From Methanoculleus sp. (GTDB taxonomy: Archaea > Halobacteriota > Methanomicrobia > Methanomicrobiales > Methanomicrobiaceae): a stretch of 64,000 nt of DNA. This document shows, piece after piece, positions 10,139-20,082 of the stretch. The stretch is taken from contig DSDF01000045.1 in the NCBI GenBank assembly GCA_011048835.1, forward strand, positions 3,565 through 67,564, written 5' to 3'. How positions within the stretch are numbered: the stretch's first letter is position 1; each line of letters begins with the position of its first letter. Position numbers and translations under genes: made by a program. The notes below the pieces were generated by a model. It was not told where the DNA came from, ran no database searches, and saw only the letters and a list, made by a program, of their open reading frames with translations.

Positions 10139-11656
10139 GTGATCGCGATCGAACAAGGATTCCGCAGGATATTTGATATTTTTAGAAACGGGGCCACGGC
10201 CTTTCCTTTAAAGGATGCCCTCGGCGGAATCGAGCTGCAACGAGCCCTCGATTATGTGCTCTGGGACGGGCTGGCCACGCAGGTCATGGTCACCCTTACC
10301 GCGGGGATATTTCTGGTGGCGTTCGCGCTCGAGCTGGGGGCATCCAATACGGTCATCGGGCTGCTCGCCGCCATTCCCCCGCTCGCGGAACTCTTCCAGA
10401 TTCCGGCGATCTATATCGTTGAGAAGGTGAGAAACCGGCGCTTTCTCGTCGTGCTCAACTCGTTGCTGGCGCGGTGCTTCTGGGTTCCCATCGCCGCCAT
10501 TCCTTTCGTCTGTCCGCCGGATCTCGCCATCCCCGTACTGATTGCCTCGATGTGCCTGTACGCCACCTTTTCGGCAATCTCCCACTGCGGCTGGAACTCG
10601 TGGATGCGGGACCTCATACCGCAGGACCGGCTTGGCGAGTTCTTCTCCCGGCGGATGAAGCTCTCCACCATCTGTGCCATCATGCTCAGCCTCTGTGCGG
10701 CCGCCTTTATCGATGTATGGGGGCTTCGCATGCCGGGAGCTTTGGCGTCCGGCTACTCGATGGTATTCATGGTGGGGTTCGGCGCAGGGCTTGTGGGCGT
10801 GTACTACCTTTCGAGGACGCCCGAGCCGAGGATGCTCCCCGCAGAAAGCCACCATTTCACCAGGCTTCTTGCCGCTCCCGTCAGGGATAGCAATTTCAGG
10901 AACCTGCTGGTATTTCTCGGCTCGTGGAACTTCGCCGTCAACCTGGCCGCGCCCTTCTTCACGGTGTACATGCTCACCCTGCTCGGCCTTGAGATCACCT
11001 GGGTCATCGCGTTCTCGGTACTCAGCCAGTTGGTGAGCGTCGTATCATTCCGCATCTGGGGGAGTGCCGCCGACAGGTTTTCCAACAAATCGGTGTTGAA
11101 GGTGAGCGGGCCGCTCTTCATGGTCTGCATCCTCGCATGGACCTTCACCACCCTTCCCGATGTCCACAGCCTCACCATCCCGCTGCTCATCGCCATCCAC
11201 GTCCTGATCGGCATCTCCACCGCTGGCGTCAACCTCGCCAGCGGGAACATCAGCCTCAAACTCGCCCCGCAGGGGAAAGCCACTTCTTACCTTGCAAGCT
11301 CTACTGTGGTCAACTCCCTTGCAGCGGGAATCGCCCCCATCATGGGCGGTCTTTGCGCTGATTTCTTCGCCGCCCGTGAGCTCTCCCTCATCCTTACCTG
11401 GAAGGACCCGGTCTCCATCGTGGCGTTCGAAACCCTGGATCTCCAGCACTGGGACTTTTTCTTCTTCTTTGCCTTTTTCATCGGGCTGTACTCGATCTAC
11501 CGCCTCTCCAGAGTCCACGAGAGCGGGTGTGTCACCGAGCACATCCTCCTGCAGGAAATGGCGGCGGAAGTGAAACGGGAGATGCGCAACCTCTCCACTG
11601 CCGGCGGCCTGCGGATGCTGCTGCGTTTTCCCATCACGCGGCTGCGGGACCGGTGA
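10139..11656 (+). CDS. MFS-type transporter (about 12 TM)
   Basis: Repeated hydrophobic helices run throughout. The track ORF opens at 10022 but crosses AT-rich promoter-like DNA. A GTG at 10139 lies about 30 nt downstream of a TTTTTAAAT TATA-like box. The start is uncertain. Confidence 0.65.
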   Translation: MIAIEQGFRRIFDIFRNGATAFPLKDALGGIELQRALDYVLWDGLATQVMVTLTAGIFLVAFALELGASNTVIGLLAAIPPLAELFQIPAIYIVEKVRNRRFLVVLNSLLARCFWVPIAAIPFVCPPDLAIPVLIASMCLYATFSAISHCGWNSWMRDLIPQDRLGEFFSRRMKLSTICAIMLSLCAAAFIDVWGLRMPGALASGYSMVFMVGFGAGLVGVYYLSRTPEPRMLPAESHHFTRLLAAPVRDSNFRNLLVFLGSWNFAVNLAAPFFTVYMLTLLGLEITWVIAFSVLSQLVSVVSFRIWGSAADRFSNKSVLKVSGPLFMVCILAWTFTTLPDVHSLTIPLLIAIHVLIGISTAGVNLASGNISLKLAPQGKATSYLASSTVVNSLAAGIAPIMGGLCADFFAARELSLILTWKDPVSIVAFETLDLQHWDFFFFFAFFIGLYSIYRLSRVHESGCVTEHILLQEMAAEVKREMRNLSTAGGLRMLLRFPITRLRDR

Positions 11657-11747
11657 AGGACCTCTCCGCCGTGGCTGCGTGCAGGTGCCGCCAGCAAATT
11701 TTATCCCCGCGTGCGCCCCTCCATTTCCGGAGGGAAGAGACCTGGCG

Positions 11748-12290
11748 TTGCAGTATCGCTCCACCGTGCTGTTTGTCGCCGATATCGGCAGGGCGACGTC
11801 GCTGTACCGGACCGTGCTGGAGCAGGAGGTCGTGTTCGACGGCGGCACAGGGGTGGTATTTTCTTCGGGCATCGTTCTGCGGCAGAATGCGAAGGCACCC
11901 TCTCTGCCGGAGCAGGAAGCGGCCCGCGGGGGTTCTGCGCCCCGCATGGAGATCTATTTTGAAACCGACGATATCGACGACGTTGCCGACAGGGTCTTTG
12001 AGGCCGACCTCAGGCCCCTGCACCCGGTGGCGGAGAACCCGTGGGGCCAGCGAATCCTGCGGTTCTTCGACCCCGATGCGCACCTCATCGAGGTGGGCGA
12101 ACGGGTCGAGTGCGTCGTGCGCCGGGAAGCGGCGTTCGGGATCCCCGCCGAGTTGATCGCCCTGAAAACCCGTCTTCCCGTGCCCCGCGTCCTCGCCATT
12201 CTTGCCGGCGACCCCGTGTCTGCATGCAGGCAGCAGAAGCATCATATGGGACCTGCCACAATCACTCCCCAGAATACATCCATGCGGTGA
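11748..12290 (+). CDS. VOC (glyoxalase/bleomycin-resistance) family protein
   Basis: STVLFVADIGRATSLYRTVLEQEVVFD...RILRFFDPDAHLIEVGE is typical of the VOC beta-alpha-beta-beta-beta module. The proposed TTG start follows a GGAGGG; the track ORF starts at 11679. Confidence 0.6.
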   Translation: MQYRSTVLFVADIGRATSLYRTVLEQEVVFDGGTGVVFSSGIVLRQNAKAPSLPEQEAARGGSAPRMEIYFETDDIDDVADRVFEADLRPLHPVAENPWGQRILRFFDPDAHLIEVGERVECVVRREAAFGIPAELIALKTRLPVPRVLAILAGDPVSACRQQKHHMGPATITPQNTSMR

Positions 12291-12298
12291 GGCGATCG

Positions 12299-14236
12299 AT
12301 GCGAGGTGCTCCGGGGAATGAAGGATGCGATCTGACGCGGTTTTCAGCCCGGGATATCGACCGGTTCAGGCATGGCAGCCACACCCGCCTGTGCGATCAT
12401 TTCGGTTCCCATATCTGCACCTGCGACGGGGAGCGGGGAACGTACTTCGCCGTATGGGCTCCTGCCGCGGCATCGGTCTCGGTGATCGGCGACTTCAACG
12501 ACTGGGACGCGGGCGTGCACCCCCTGCACCGGTGCACCGGCGATGCGGGGATCTGGGAAGGCTTTGTCCCCGGCGTCGACCGGGGGGACCGGTACAAATA
12601 TCACGTCGCGTCCACGCAGGACGCTTACGCCTCTGAAAGAGGGGACCCGTTTGCACGGTACTGGGAAGGTCCGCCGGGCACGGCATCGGTCGTATGGAAT
12701 CCCGCGTACCGGTGGGAGGACGGGGCATGGATGCGCACGCGGGCACGACGCCACGACCCGGGCGCCCCCCTCGCGATCTACGAGGCCCATCTCGGTTCAT
12801 GGCGGAGGGTTCCCGAGGAGGGCGACCGTCCTCTCTCCTACCGGGAGATTGCAGTTCCCCTCGCCGAGCACATCGTCGATGCGGGATTCACCCATGTCGA
12901 GTTTCTCCCGGTAATGGAGCACCCGTTTTACGGGTCGTGGGGCTACCAGACGTGCGGGTATTTCGCCCCCACGAGCAGGTACGGCACGCCCGAAGATTTC
13001 ATGCACCTCATCGACACCCTCCACCGGCACGACATCGGGGTCATCCTCGACTGGGTCCCCTCCCACTTTCCGGACAACAGCCACGCTCTTGTCTTCTTTG
13101 ACGGGACCCACCTCTACGAGCATCCTGATCCCCGCCGGGGCTTCAACCCGGAATGGAACAGCTATGTCTTTGACTACGGGAAACACGAGGTGCGCCAGTT
13201 TTTGATCAACAGCGCGCTGTTCTGGCTCGAGCAGTACCATGCCGACGGGCTGCGTGTCGATGCCGTGGCATCGATGATCTACCTTGACTACGGACGCGAC
13301 GACGGAAGGTGGCTTCCCAACGTGCACGGGGGACGGGAGAACCTTGAAGCGGTGGCATTCCTTCGCACCCTCAACCGCCATATTGCCGATCGCTGCCCCG
13401 GAGCGCTGCGTATCGCCGAAGAGTCCAGCGAGTGGCCCCGGGTTACCGGCAGGTTGTACAGCGGCGGTCTGAGCTTCGACCTGAAATGGAATATGGGCTG
13501 GATGCACGACACCCTCCGCTACTTTACGCAGGACCCTCTCTTTCGCAAACACGCCCATCAACACCTCACGTTCAGCAGGGTGTACGCATTCAAGGAACAG
13601 TTCCTGCTCCCCCTCTCCCACGACGAGGTCGTCTACGGCAAGCGGTCGCTGCTCAATAAGATGCCCGGCGATAACTGGCAGCAACGCGCCAACCTCCGCA
13701 TCCTGCTGGGCTACCAGTACACCCACCCCGGCAAAAAGCTGCTCTTCATGGGCGGGGAGTTCGGGCAGTGGCGGGAGTGGTACCACGAAGCGAGCCTCGA
13801 CTGGCATCTCCTCAACACCCCTGCCCATGCGGGAATATTTGCATGGGTTGCCGCGCTCAACCGGCTCTACCGCTGCGAACCTGCCCTGCACGAATGCGAT
13901 TTCGAGCCGCAGGGATTCGAGTGGATCGACTGCGCCGACGCAGACCAGAGCGTCCTCGTCTTCCTTCGCCGGGGGAAATCGAGCCCCGAACCTCTGGTGG
14001 TGGTCTGCAACTTCACCCCGGTGCCCCGGTCCGGCTACCGGGTCGGGGTTCCCCTGCCCGGACGGTGGAGCGAGGTCCTCAACAGCGATGCGGTGCGGTT
14101 CGGGGGCAGCGGCGTGATAACCGGGAGTGTGCGCACCACGGAACCGGTTGCCTGCCACGGGCGGGACCACTCCCTTGTCCTGACCCTCCCCCCGCTGTCG
14201 CTGCTGGTGCTCAGGCGGACGGGGGCGGGCGTATGA
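12299..14236 (+). CDS. glgB: 1,4-alpha-glucan branching enzyme (GH13)
   Basis: GH13 conserved regions are present: GLRVDAVASMIYLDY, IAEESSEWP, LPLSHDEVVYGKRSL. An N-terminal CBM48-like YFAVWAPAAASVSVIGDFNDW is also present. The start is placed at the ATG at 12299 after the VOC stop. Confidence 0.9.
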   Translation: MRGAPGNEGCDLTRFSARDIDRFRHGSHTRLCDHFGSHICTCDGERGTYFAVWAPAAASVSVIGDFNDWDAGVHPLHRCTGDAGIWEGFVPGVDRGDRYKYHVASTQDAYASERGDPFARYWEGPPGTASVVWNPAYRWEDGAWMRTRARRHDPGAPLAIYEAHLGSWRRVPEEGDRPLSYREIAVPLAEHIVDAGFTHVEFLPVMEHPFYGSWGYQTCGYFAPTSRYGTPEDFMHLIDTLHRHDIGVILDWVPSHFPDNSHALVFFDGTHLYEHPDPRRGFNPEWNSYVFDYGKHEVRQFLINSALFWLEQYHADGLRVDAVASMIYLDYGRDDGRWLPNVHGGRENLEAVAFLRTLNRHIADRCPGALRIAEESSEWPRVTGRLYSGGLSFDLKWNMGWMHDTLRYFTQDPLFRKHAHQHLTFSRVYAFKEQFLLPLSHDEVVYGKRSLLNKMPGDNWQQRANLRILLGYQYTHPGKKLLFMGGEFGQWREWYHEASLDWHLLNTPAHAGIFAWVAALNRLYRCEPALHECDFEPQGFEWIDCADADQSVLVFLRRGKSSPEPLVVVCNFTPVPRSGYRVGVPLPGRWSEVLNSDAVRFGGSGVITGSVRTTEPVACHGRDHSLVLTLPPLSLLVLRRTGAGV

Positions 14237-14254
14237 TACGGGAGGTGACGAAAT

Positions 14255-16702
14255 ATGGCCGAAGAGCATGACCCGGGTGATCAGCAGGCGGAAGAGCGCT
14301 ACATCTGCATCCACGGTCATTTCTACCAGCCGCCGCGCGAAAACCCGTGGCTTGACGCGGTGGAAGTGCAGGACGACGCGTATCCCTACCATGACTGGAA
14401 CGAGCGGGTCTGTGCCGAGGCCTATACACCAAACGATTCGGCGCGTATTCTCGATGCAAGGGGAGAAATTGTCGATATCGTCAGCAACTACGAGAAAATC
14501 AGCTTCGATTTCGGGCCCACGCTGCTTGCGTGGATGGAGGAGCATGCACCGGAGGTCTACGCAGCAGTGCTCCGTGCCGACCGGGACAGCAGGAGGAGGT
14601 TCTCGGGCCACGGCAGCGCCATCGCCCAGTGCTACAGCCACCTGATCATGCCCCTCGCACCCGAATCCGACCGCCGCATGCAGGTGATCTGGGGGTGCCG
14701 GGATTTCCGGCACCGGTTCGGCCGGGCGCCGGAAGGGATGTGGCTCCCGGAAACGGCGGTGGACCTTCCAACTCTCGATTTCATGGCCGAACAGGGGATC
14801 CGGTTTACCATTCTCGCCCCGCACCAGGCGGCACGGGTGCGCCCCCCGGACGAGGATGTCTGGTGCGAGGTGGCGCGGGGGAGTCTCGACACCTCGATCC
14901 CCTACCGCTGCATGCTCCCTTCGGGGCGCACCATCGATCTCTTCTTTTTCAACCGCCCGATTGCCGACGCTATCGCTTTTGGCGACCTGTTGAAGAGCGG
15001 CAGGCGGCTGGCGGAGCGGTTGAGCGGATGCCTGCCCTCCTGCACCGGTCCGGCGCCGCTGCTGCACGTCGCCACCGACGGGGAGACCTTCGGCCACCAC
15101 CACCGGTTCGGTGAAATGGCCCTCGCATACTGCCTCCGGGAGATCGACGATCAGGGCATGGGCACCCTCACCATCTACGGCGAGTACCTCGACCGGCACC
15201 CTCCCTCCTGGGAAGTGGAGGTGCGGGAAGGGACGTCGTGGAGCTGCAGCCACGGTATCGAGCGCTGGCGGTCCGACTGCGGGTGCCAGACGGGAGGTGA
15301 TCCCCACTACCGGCAGGGGTGGCGGGCACCGCTCAGGGCGGCGATTGAGGGGCTGCGTGCCGGGGCCGGATCCTGCCTCGACGAGGCCCTCCCCCGCCTC
15401 GTGAAGGATCCCCGGGGCGCGTGCGAGGACTATATCGAAGTGCTGCTCGTTCGCAACGCCGATACCGTGCGCCGGTACCTCGCCTCCCATGCCCGGCACC
15501 CCCTCTCCCCCGACGAGGAGGTGGCGCTTCTCAGGCTGATGGAGATGTACCGGCACGCAATGCTCATGGCGACGAGCTGCGGATGGTTTTTCTACGACAT
15601 CGCCGGCATCGAGGCCGTGCAGGTGCTCAGGAACGCGGCGCGGGTGATGGACCTGCTGCGCGAGGCAGGAGTGCAGGATCCCGAGCCCGCGTTCCTCGCC
15701 ACGCTGGCGCTGGCGGAGAGCAATTTTCATGAATGCGGCAACGGTGCGGAGGTCTACGAGCGCTTCGTGCGCCCTGCGGTTGTGGACCTTCCCCGCGCCG
15801 CCCTCCACGGTGCGGTGCGCAGCCTCTTCCCCGCGCTCGCCGTCGACGGCGCGTGGTACCATTTTACCGTCGGCTATGAAGCCTTCGAGTGTGTCTCGTC
15901 GGCGGTGGGAACGCTCGCCACGGGCAGGATCTACCTCCGCTCCGGCCTCACGCACGCCGAAGGTACCTACATGGTTGTTGCGTTTTTCGGCGCGGATCAG
16001 CGGATCGCTGCCGGCGCCGGGCCCCCCTCTATGCCGCACCCTGCGGAGCTCCCCGGAGCGCTGCACCGCGGCGATGCGGAAACGGTCGTGCGCCTGATCG
16101 CGGAGGCGTACCCGTTCCGCGTATCCAGCTGGGGGGATCTCTGCAGGGATGAGCGCCGGCGTATCTTCGAGCACCTCCTCGATCCCTCCCAGCAGTCGTT
16201 CCATCGCGCAAACGAGAGCGTCGCCGACCGGCATGCCGCGTTGCTCCGGGAGCTCGTGAAAGGGCGGGTCCGGCTCTCCCCGTCCCATGAGACCTGGCTC
16301 GCGGCGGCCCTCGGGGACCGTCTGGCACAGATGCTTTGCGCCGATCGCATCGATGTCGCCCGCCTGGCCCCCGTAGCCGTACAACTGCGCCGCCTTCCGG
16401 AAAAGACGGATCCTGTGCCTTTGAACCGTGCATTCTCCACAGCGCTCTCCCGCATGTGTGCGGCCCTCGCCCGCAACCCTGACAACCGCGAGCTGATGGA
16501 TGACATCCTCCTTCTCTTCGCCTCGCTCGATGCCCTCCCCCTCTGCCCCGATCTCCGCGAATGCCAGACCATCATGTTTGCGCTCGCACGAGTGCACCTC
16601 GCGCCGCAGCGCGAGCGGTCGGCGCAGGGAGATGCTGAGGCGAAGGCCTGGGTGGACGGGCTGCAGCGGATCGCCGGCCGCCTGGGGATCCATACCGGGT
16701 AG
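14255..16702 (+). CDS. GH57-family alpha-glucan enzyme with a long C-terminal extension (DUF3536-like)
   Basis: The N-terminus ICIHGHFYQPPRENPW and the later TDGETFGHHH match GH57 conserved regions. 815 aa. Confidence 0.8.
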   Translation: MAEEHDPGDQQAEERYICIHGHFYQPPRENPWLDAVEVQDDAYPYHDWNERVCAEAYTPNDSARILDARGEIVDIVSNYEKISFDFGPTLLAWMEEHAPEVYAAVLRADRDSRRRFSGHGSAIAQCYSHLIMPLAPESDRRMQVIWGCRDFRHRFGRAPEGMWLPETAVDLPTLDFMAEQGIRFTILAPHQAARVRPPDEDVWCEVARGSLDTSIPYRCMLPSGRTIDLFFFNRPIADAIAFGDLLKSGRRLAERLSGCLPSCTGPAPLLHVATDGETFGHHHRFGEMALAYCLREIDDQGMGTLTIYGEYLDRHPPSWEVEVREGTSWSCSHGIERWRSDCGCQTGGDPHYRQGWRAPLRAAIEGLRAGAGSCLDEALPRLVKDPRGACEDYIEVLLVRNADTVRRYLASHARHPLSPDEEVALLRLMEMYRHAMLMATSCGWFFYDIAGIEAVQVLRNAARVMDLLREAGVQDPEPAFLATLALAESNFHECGNGAEVYERFVRPAVVDLPRAALHGAVRSLFPALAVDGAWYHFTVGYEAFECVSSAVGTLATGRIYLRSGLTHAEGTYMVVAFFGADQRIAAGAGPPSMPHPAELPGALHRGDAETVVRLIAEAYPFRVSSWGDLCRDERRRIFEHLLDPSQQSFHRANESVADRHAALLRELVKGRVRLSPSHETWLAAALGDRLAQMLCADRIDVARLAPVAVQLRRLPEKTDPVPLNRAFSTALSRMCAALARNPDNRELMDDILLLFASLDALPLCPDLRECQTIMFALARVHLAPQRERSAQGDAEAKAWVDGLQRIAGRLGIHTG

Positions 16703-16754
16703 GAGAGGATTTATCACGGGTGTGGATCCGTACCAGGGGTACGGAAGGTTTCAG

Positions 16755-18254
16755 ATGGCATCGAGAGCATGCGGCATACTGGCGCACATCACGTCCCTGC
16801 CCTCAGGTTTCGGCATCGGCGATATGGGGCCGGGAGCCTGCTGTTTTGTGGACTGGCTCGCACGCGGCGGGCAGCGGTACTGGCAGATCCTGCCCATCAC
16901 CCCGGTCAACCCGGGCGGTTCGTGGTCGCCGTATCATGCGACCTCTGCGTTCGCCTGCAATCCCCTGCTTGTCAGCCCCGAACTCCTCTGCAACGACGGC
17001 CTCCTCGATCGCCCAGAGATCGAGGGCTGCCCCTCATTTCCCGGGGACCGGGTCGATTTTCCGGCGGTTCTGGATTGCAAGCGCCGGCTCCTCGACCTCG
17101 CCTGCCGGCGGTGCATCGAAGACGGGGTGCTCTCTCCTGAATACGAACGATATGCCGCAGCGAACGCAGGCTGGCTCGATGAATATGCGCTCTTTTCCGC
17201 CATCAAATCGCATTTCAGGGGCAAGAGCTGGGTCCACTGGCACCCCGACCTGCGCACCCGGGCCCCCGGTGCCTGTGCGGAGATGGCACTCCGCCTGCAG
17301 GACGAGATCGCCCGGGAAAAATGTTCCCAGTTCCTTGTTGCGCGGCAGTGGGAGGCGCTCAGGAGGCACTGCGAAATGCGCGGGGTACAGGTTATCGGCG
17401 ACATGCCGGTCTACGTCGACCATGACAGCGTTGATGTGTGGGCCCACCAGGAGTTCTTCAACCTGGACGCTGAGGGGCATCCGGTCACCGTTGCCGGCGT
17501 GCCACCCGACTACTTCAGCGAGACCGGACAGCGCTGGGGAAATCCTGTCTACCGGTGGGATGCGCTCCGGAATGCGGGGTTCTCGTGGTGGATCGATCGA
17601 GTGGCGCGCAACCTTGCCCTCTTCGATCTGGTGCGCATCGATCATTTCCGGGGTCTTGTCGCGTACTGGGAGATCGATGCAGGAGAACCAACAGCCATCC
17701 ACGGCAGGTGGGTCTCCGCCCCGGCGGGCGCGTTCCTCCGGTCCCTGCAGAGGCATTTTGCCTGTCTTCCCCTCATCGCCGAGGACCTGGGTGACATCAC
17801 CGCCGATGTGCGCGAGGTCATGCGCGAGTTCGGGCTTCCTGGGATGCGGGTGCTACAGTTTGCCTTTGGCGAGAATTCTCCCGAAAGCCCCCATATCCCG
17901 CACAATGTGGAGCGGAACTGCGTCTATTATACCGGCACCCACGATAACAACACCTCTCGCGGCTGGTACGAGGGGGATGCAGGCCCCGGCGAGAGGCACC
18001 GGCTCTCCCGGTACATCGGCCGGGAAGTACCATCGCAGCACGTGCACAGAGAGGTGGTCCGCCTGGCGCTGATGTCGGTCGCGGATCGGGTGGTCATCCC
18101 GCTGCAGGACGTGTTGGGCGTCGGTGCGGAGGGGCGGATGAACCTCCCCGGCACCGTCTCGGGCAACTGGGCCTGGCGCGTGCTCCCCTCGCAGGCGGGG
18201 GACGATGCGGCGGATCGCCTCGCCGAGCTCTGCGCGCTCTACGGCAGGAAATGA
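16755..18254 (+). CDS. malQ: 4-alpha-glucanotransferase (amylomaltase, GH77)
   Basis: From the ATG at 16755 the protein reads MASRACGILAHITSLPSGFGIGDMG, with VPPDYFSETGQRWGNPVYRW and RIDHFRG (GH77 motifs). Confidence 0.9.
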   Translation: MASRACGILAHITSLPSGFGIGDMGPGACCFVDWLARGGQRYWQILPITPVNPGGSWSPYHATSAFACNPLLVSPELLCNDGLLDRPEIEGCPSFPGDRVDFPAVLDCKRRLLDLACRRCIEDGVLSPEYERYAAANAGWLDEYALFSAIKSHFRGKSWVHWHPDLRTRAPGACAEMALRLQDEIAREKCSQFLVARQWEALRRHCEMRGVQVIGDMPVYVDHDSVDVWAHQEFFNLDAEGHPVTVAGVPPDYFSETGQRWGNPVYRWDALRNAGFSWWIDRVARNLALFDLVRIDHFRGLVAYWEIDAGEPTAIHGRWVSAPAGAFLRSLQRHFACLPLIAEDLGDITADVREVMREFGLPGMRVLQFAFGENSPESPHIPHNVERNCVYYTGTHDNNTSRGWYEGDAGPGERHRLSRYIGREVPSQHVHREVVRLALMSVADRVVIPLQDVLGVGAEGRMNLPGTVSGNWAWRVLPSQAGDDAADRLAELCALYGRK

Positions 18255-18266
18255 CGTCGGGGCGGG

Positions 18267-18587
18267 TTATATGGGGGTCTTTCCAAGACGGAGATCGTCG
18301 ATGATATCGGCGAATTCTTCTAGCGTGAATGCCTTGAGCGTGCTGATGGTGACGACTCCCTGCACCGTGAGGCCGAGGATGAAGTCCATGGCATCGCGGT
18401 CCTCAGGCGCGTCCCCGATGGCAACGAAATCGTATTCTCCCATGACGGGATAGATTTGCAGATTGCCCTTGCAGCACATGTCAAAAATCTGGTTCGCCCC
18501 ATCGATCCACTTGATCGTGTTTTTCAGTTCATTCCTCCCTTTATCCGTCAGTTTCAACAGGAAAATGTACTTGGACATCCTTTTCAT
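18267..18587 (-). CDS. GYD-domain small protein
   Basis: MSKYIFLLKLTDKGRNELKNTIKWIDG...PVMGEYDFVAIGDAPED contains the GEYD/GYD motif. The start is M23 or M26 of the track ORF. Confidence 0.6.
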   Translation of the reverse strand: MKRMSKYIFLLKLTDKGRNELKNTIKWIDGANQIFDMCCKGNLQIYPVMGEYDFVAIGDAPEDRDAMDFILGLTVQGVVTISTLKAFTLEEFADIIDDLRLGKTPI

Positions 18588-18688
18588 CCCACGATGCGCA
18601 CCTTTGCACCCGGGGTATATGAAGGATTCGGGAGATCGGGAAACGGCATTCATTCCACTATGGGTCCGGTGGTCAGGGCGCCTTTCTA

Positions 18689-19987
18689 TTACCGCAGGGT
18701 GTAGTTCAGGATGTCGAGATGGTCCATGATCAGGCGGGTGATCAGGAATCGCTCCCGGACAGTCTGCCGCCCCCGGCGCCCCACCTCCTCGCCGAGCCCG
18801 GGGTCATCGAGCACCTCGATGATGCGCTCGACAAATCCGTCTTCGTCCAGGGGGTCTACTAAAAATCCGTTCTCTCCGTCGGTAATCTGGGCCGGAATGC
18901 CCCCCACGTTGGAGGCGACGACCGGCCGCCCCTTCCAGAGCGCCTCGGTCACCGTGAGCCCGAACCCCTCGCGCAGCGACTTCTGGATGATGACGTCGGA
19001 ACTCCGCTGCAGGGTATTGACCAGGATGTTGTTTTCGCTGGTGATCAGGATGATATCCCCCGCTTCCTCCCCGCCGTGCACGCCGGCAATGACGCACTCG
19101 GTCTCGGCCGTTTCCTCCGCTTCGATATCCGGGAACTGACCGCAGATACGCGTCGCCGCACCGCACTGCCGCTCGACATCATCGAAGATCCTCAACCCCT
19201 CGGGATCGTCCGACGCCATGCTCCCGCAGAGCACCAGCCGGCAGTCGACCTCTTCCTTGACTTTCCGATACACGCCGACAACCCCGCCCGGGTCTTTCCA
19301 CTTGTCAAACCTCGAGATCTGCGTGATGATGGGTTTGTCGGTGGGGATCCCGAATTTCTCGAGGTACTTGTCGACGAGATCCTGCGGAAGGTCCTTGTTC
19401 TTCGGCGAGAGGGGATCGATTGCCGGGAGAACCACGCGCTGCTCGACGGGGAGATCCTCGCGGAGATATGCCTCGCTGGAGACGATCATCATGTCGTACC
19501 TGATGATGAACCCCTTGAGGTAGTCCCACACGCGGTTGTTGGGGTTGGTGAGGTCAACGTGGCAGCGCCAGATCCAGGGCTGCTTTTTTCGTTTGAACTT
19601 GATGAGCGGGAGCGGTTGGGGATCGTGCACGATCACGCAGTCGTGATCGATGTGGGTGTAGGTGGAAAAATCCCTGCTTGCTTCTTCGTAGAGCTGCTGC
19701 TTCATCGGGGTGAAGTGGATGGATTCGCCCTGTAGCGCATTATGGAATTTCTTGGTGATGCTGAAGAAATCGGGGTTGCCGTGAAAGATCCTCCATCCCA
19801 TGTCGATGCCGACATCGTTCATGAGAGGAATGATCGACGATATCATTTCGGCCACGCCGCCCCCCTGGTAGGTGGAGTTGATGGCCATGATATGCTTGCC
19901 GTGAAGGCCTTTTGCATTCCGGTGGATCGCATGGAGTTCCTGGTCGCTGATGATCCCCCTGTACTCGTCAAGGCTGTTCAGGTTCAC
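18689..19987 (-). CDS. treT: GT4 glycosyltransferase, trehalose glycosyltransferring synthase (TreT)-like
   Basis: INSTYQGGGVAEM, FDKWKDP, DDPEG and SLREGFGLTVTEALWKGRPVVASNVGGI match the TreT/GT4 pattern as I recall it. Confidence 0.7.
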   Translation of the reverse strand: MNLNSLDEYRGIISDQELHAIHRNAKGLHGKHIMAINSTYQGGGVAEMISSIIPLMNDVGIDMGWRIFHGNPDFFSITKKFHNALQGESIHFTPMKQQLYEEASRDFSTYTHIDHDCVIVHDPQPLPLIKFKRKKQPWIWRCHVDLTNPNNRVWDYLKGFIIRYDMMIVSSEAYLREDLPVEQRVVLPAIDPLSPKNKDLPQDLVDKYLEKFGIPTDKPIITQISRFDKWKDPGGVVGVYRKVKEEVDCRLVLCGSMASDDPEGLRIFDDVERQCGAATRICGQFPDIEAEETAETECVIAGVHGGEEAGDIILITSENNILVNTLQRSSDVIIQKSLREGFGLTVTEALWKGRPVVASNVGGIPAQITDGENGFLVDPLDEDGFVERIIEVLDDPGLGEEVGRRGRQTVRERFLITRLIMDHLDILNYTLR

Positions 19988-20082
19988 CTCCTCCTGCCGC
20001 AGTGCGGCATCGCATGAACAACCGGAATGCCGCGCTCACTGTCTCTTAAACGATTCCATCCATAAGAATGTGTCGGGGAAAC

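Noticed and set aside
12041-12298. N-terminal extensions of track ORFs: glgB from 12041, sepS from 7990, malQ from 16500, queC from 2885, queD from 1985, sufB from 30198, and the MrfB-like gene to 28247
   Set aside because: The extensions overlap the preceding gene or a divergent gene, are Arg/Pro-rich and unlike the family N-termini. In-frame starts at the canonical family N-terminus exist, often with stop/start overlap.
12797-16717. A 1306-aa minus-strand ORF, the longest in the track
   Set aside because: It is exactly antisense to glgB and the GH57 gene, both of which have unmistakable family motifs. The product is Arg/Gly/Pro/Ala-rich with no motifs. It is a typical shadow ORF in high-GC DNA lacking antisense stop codons.
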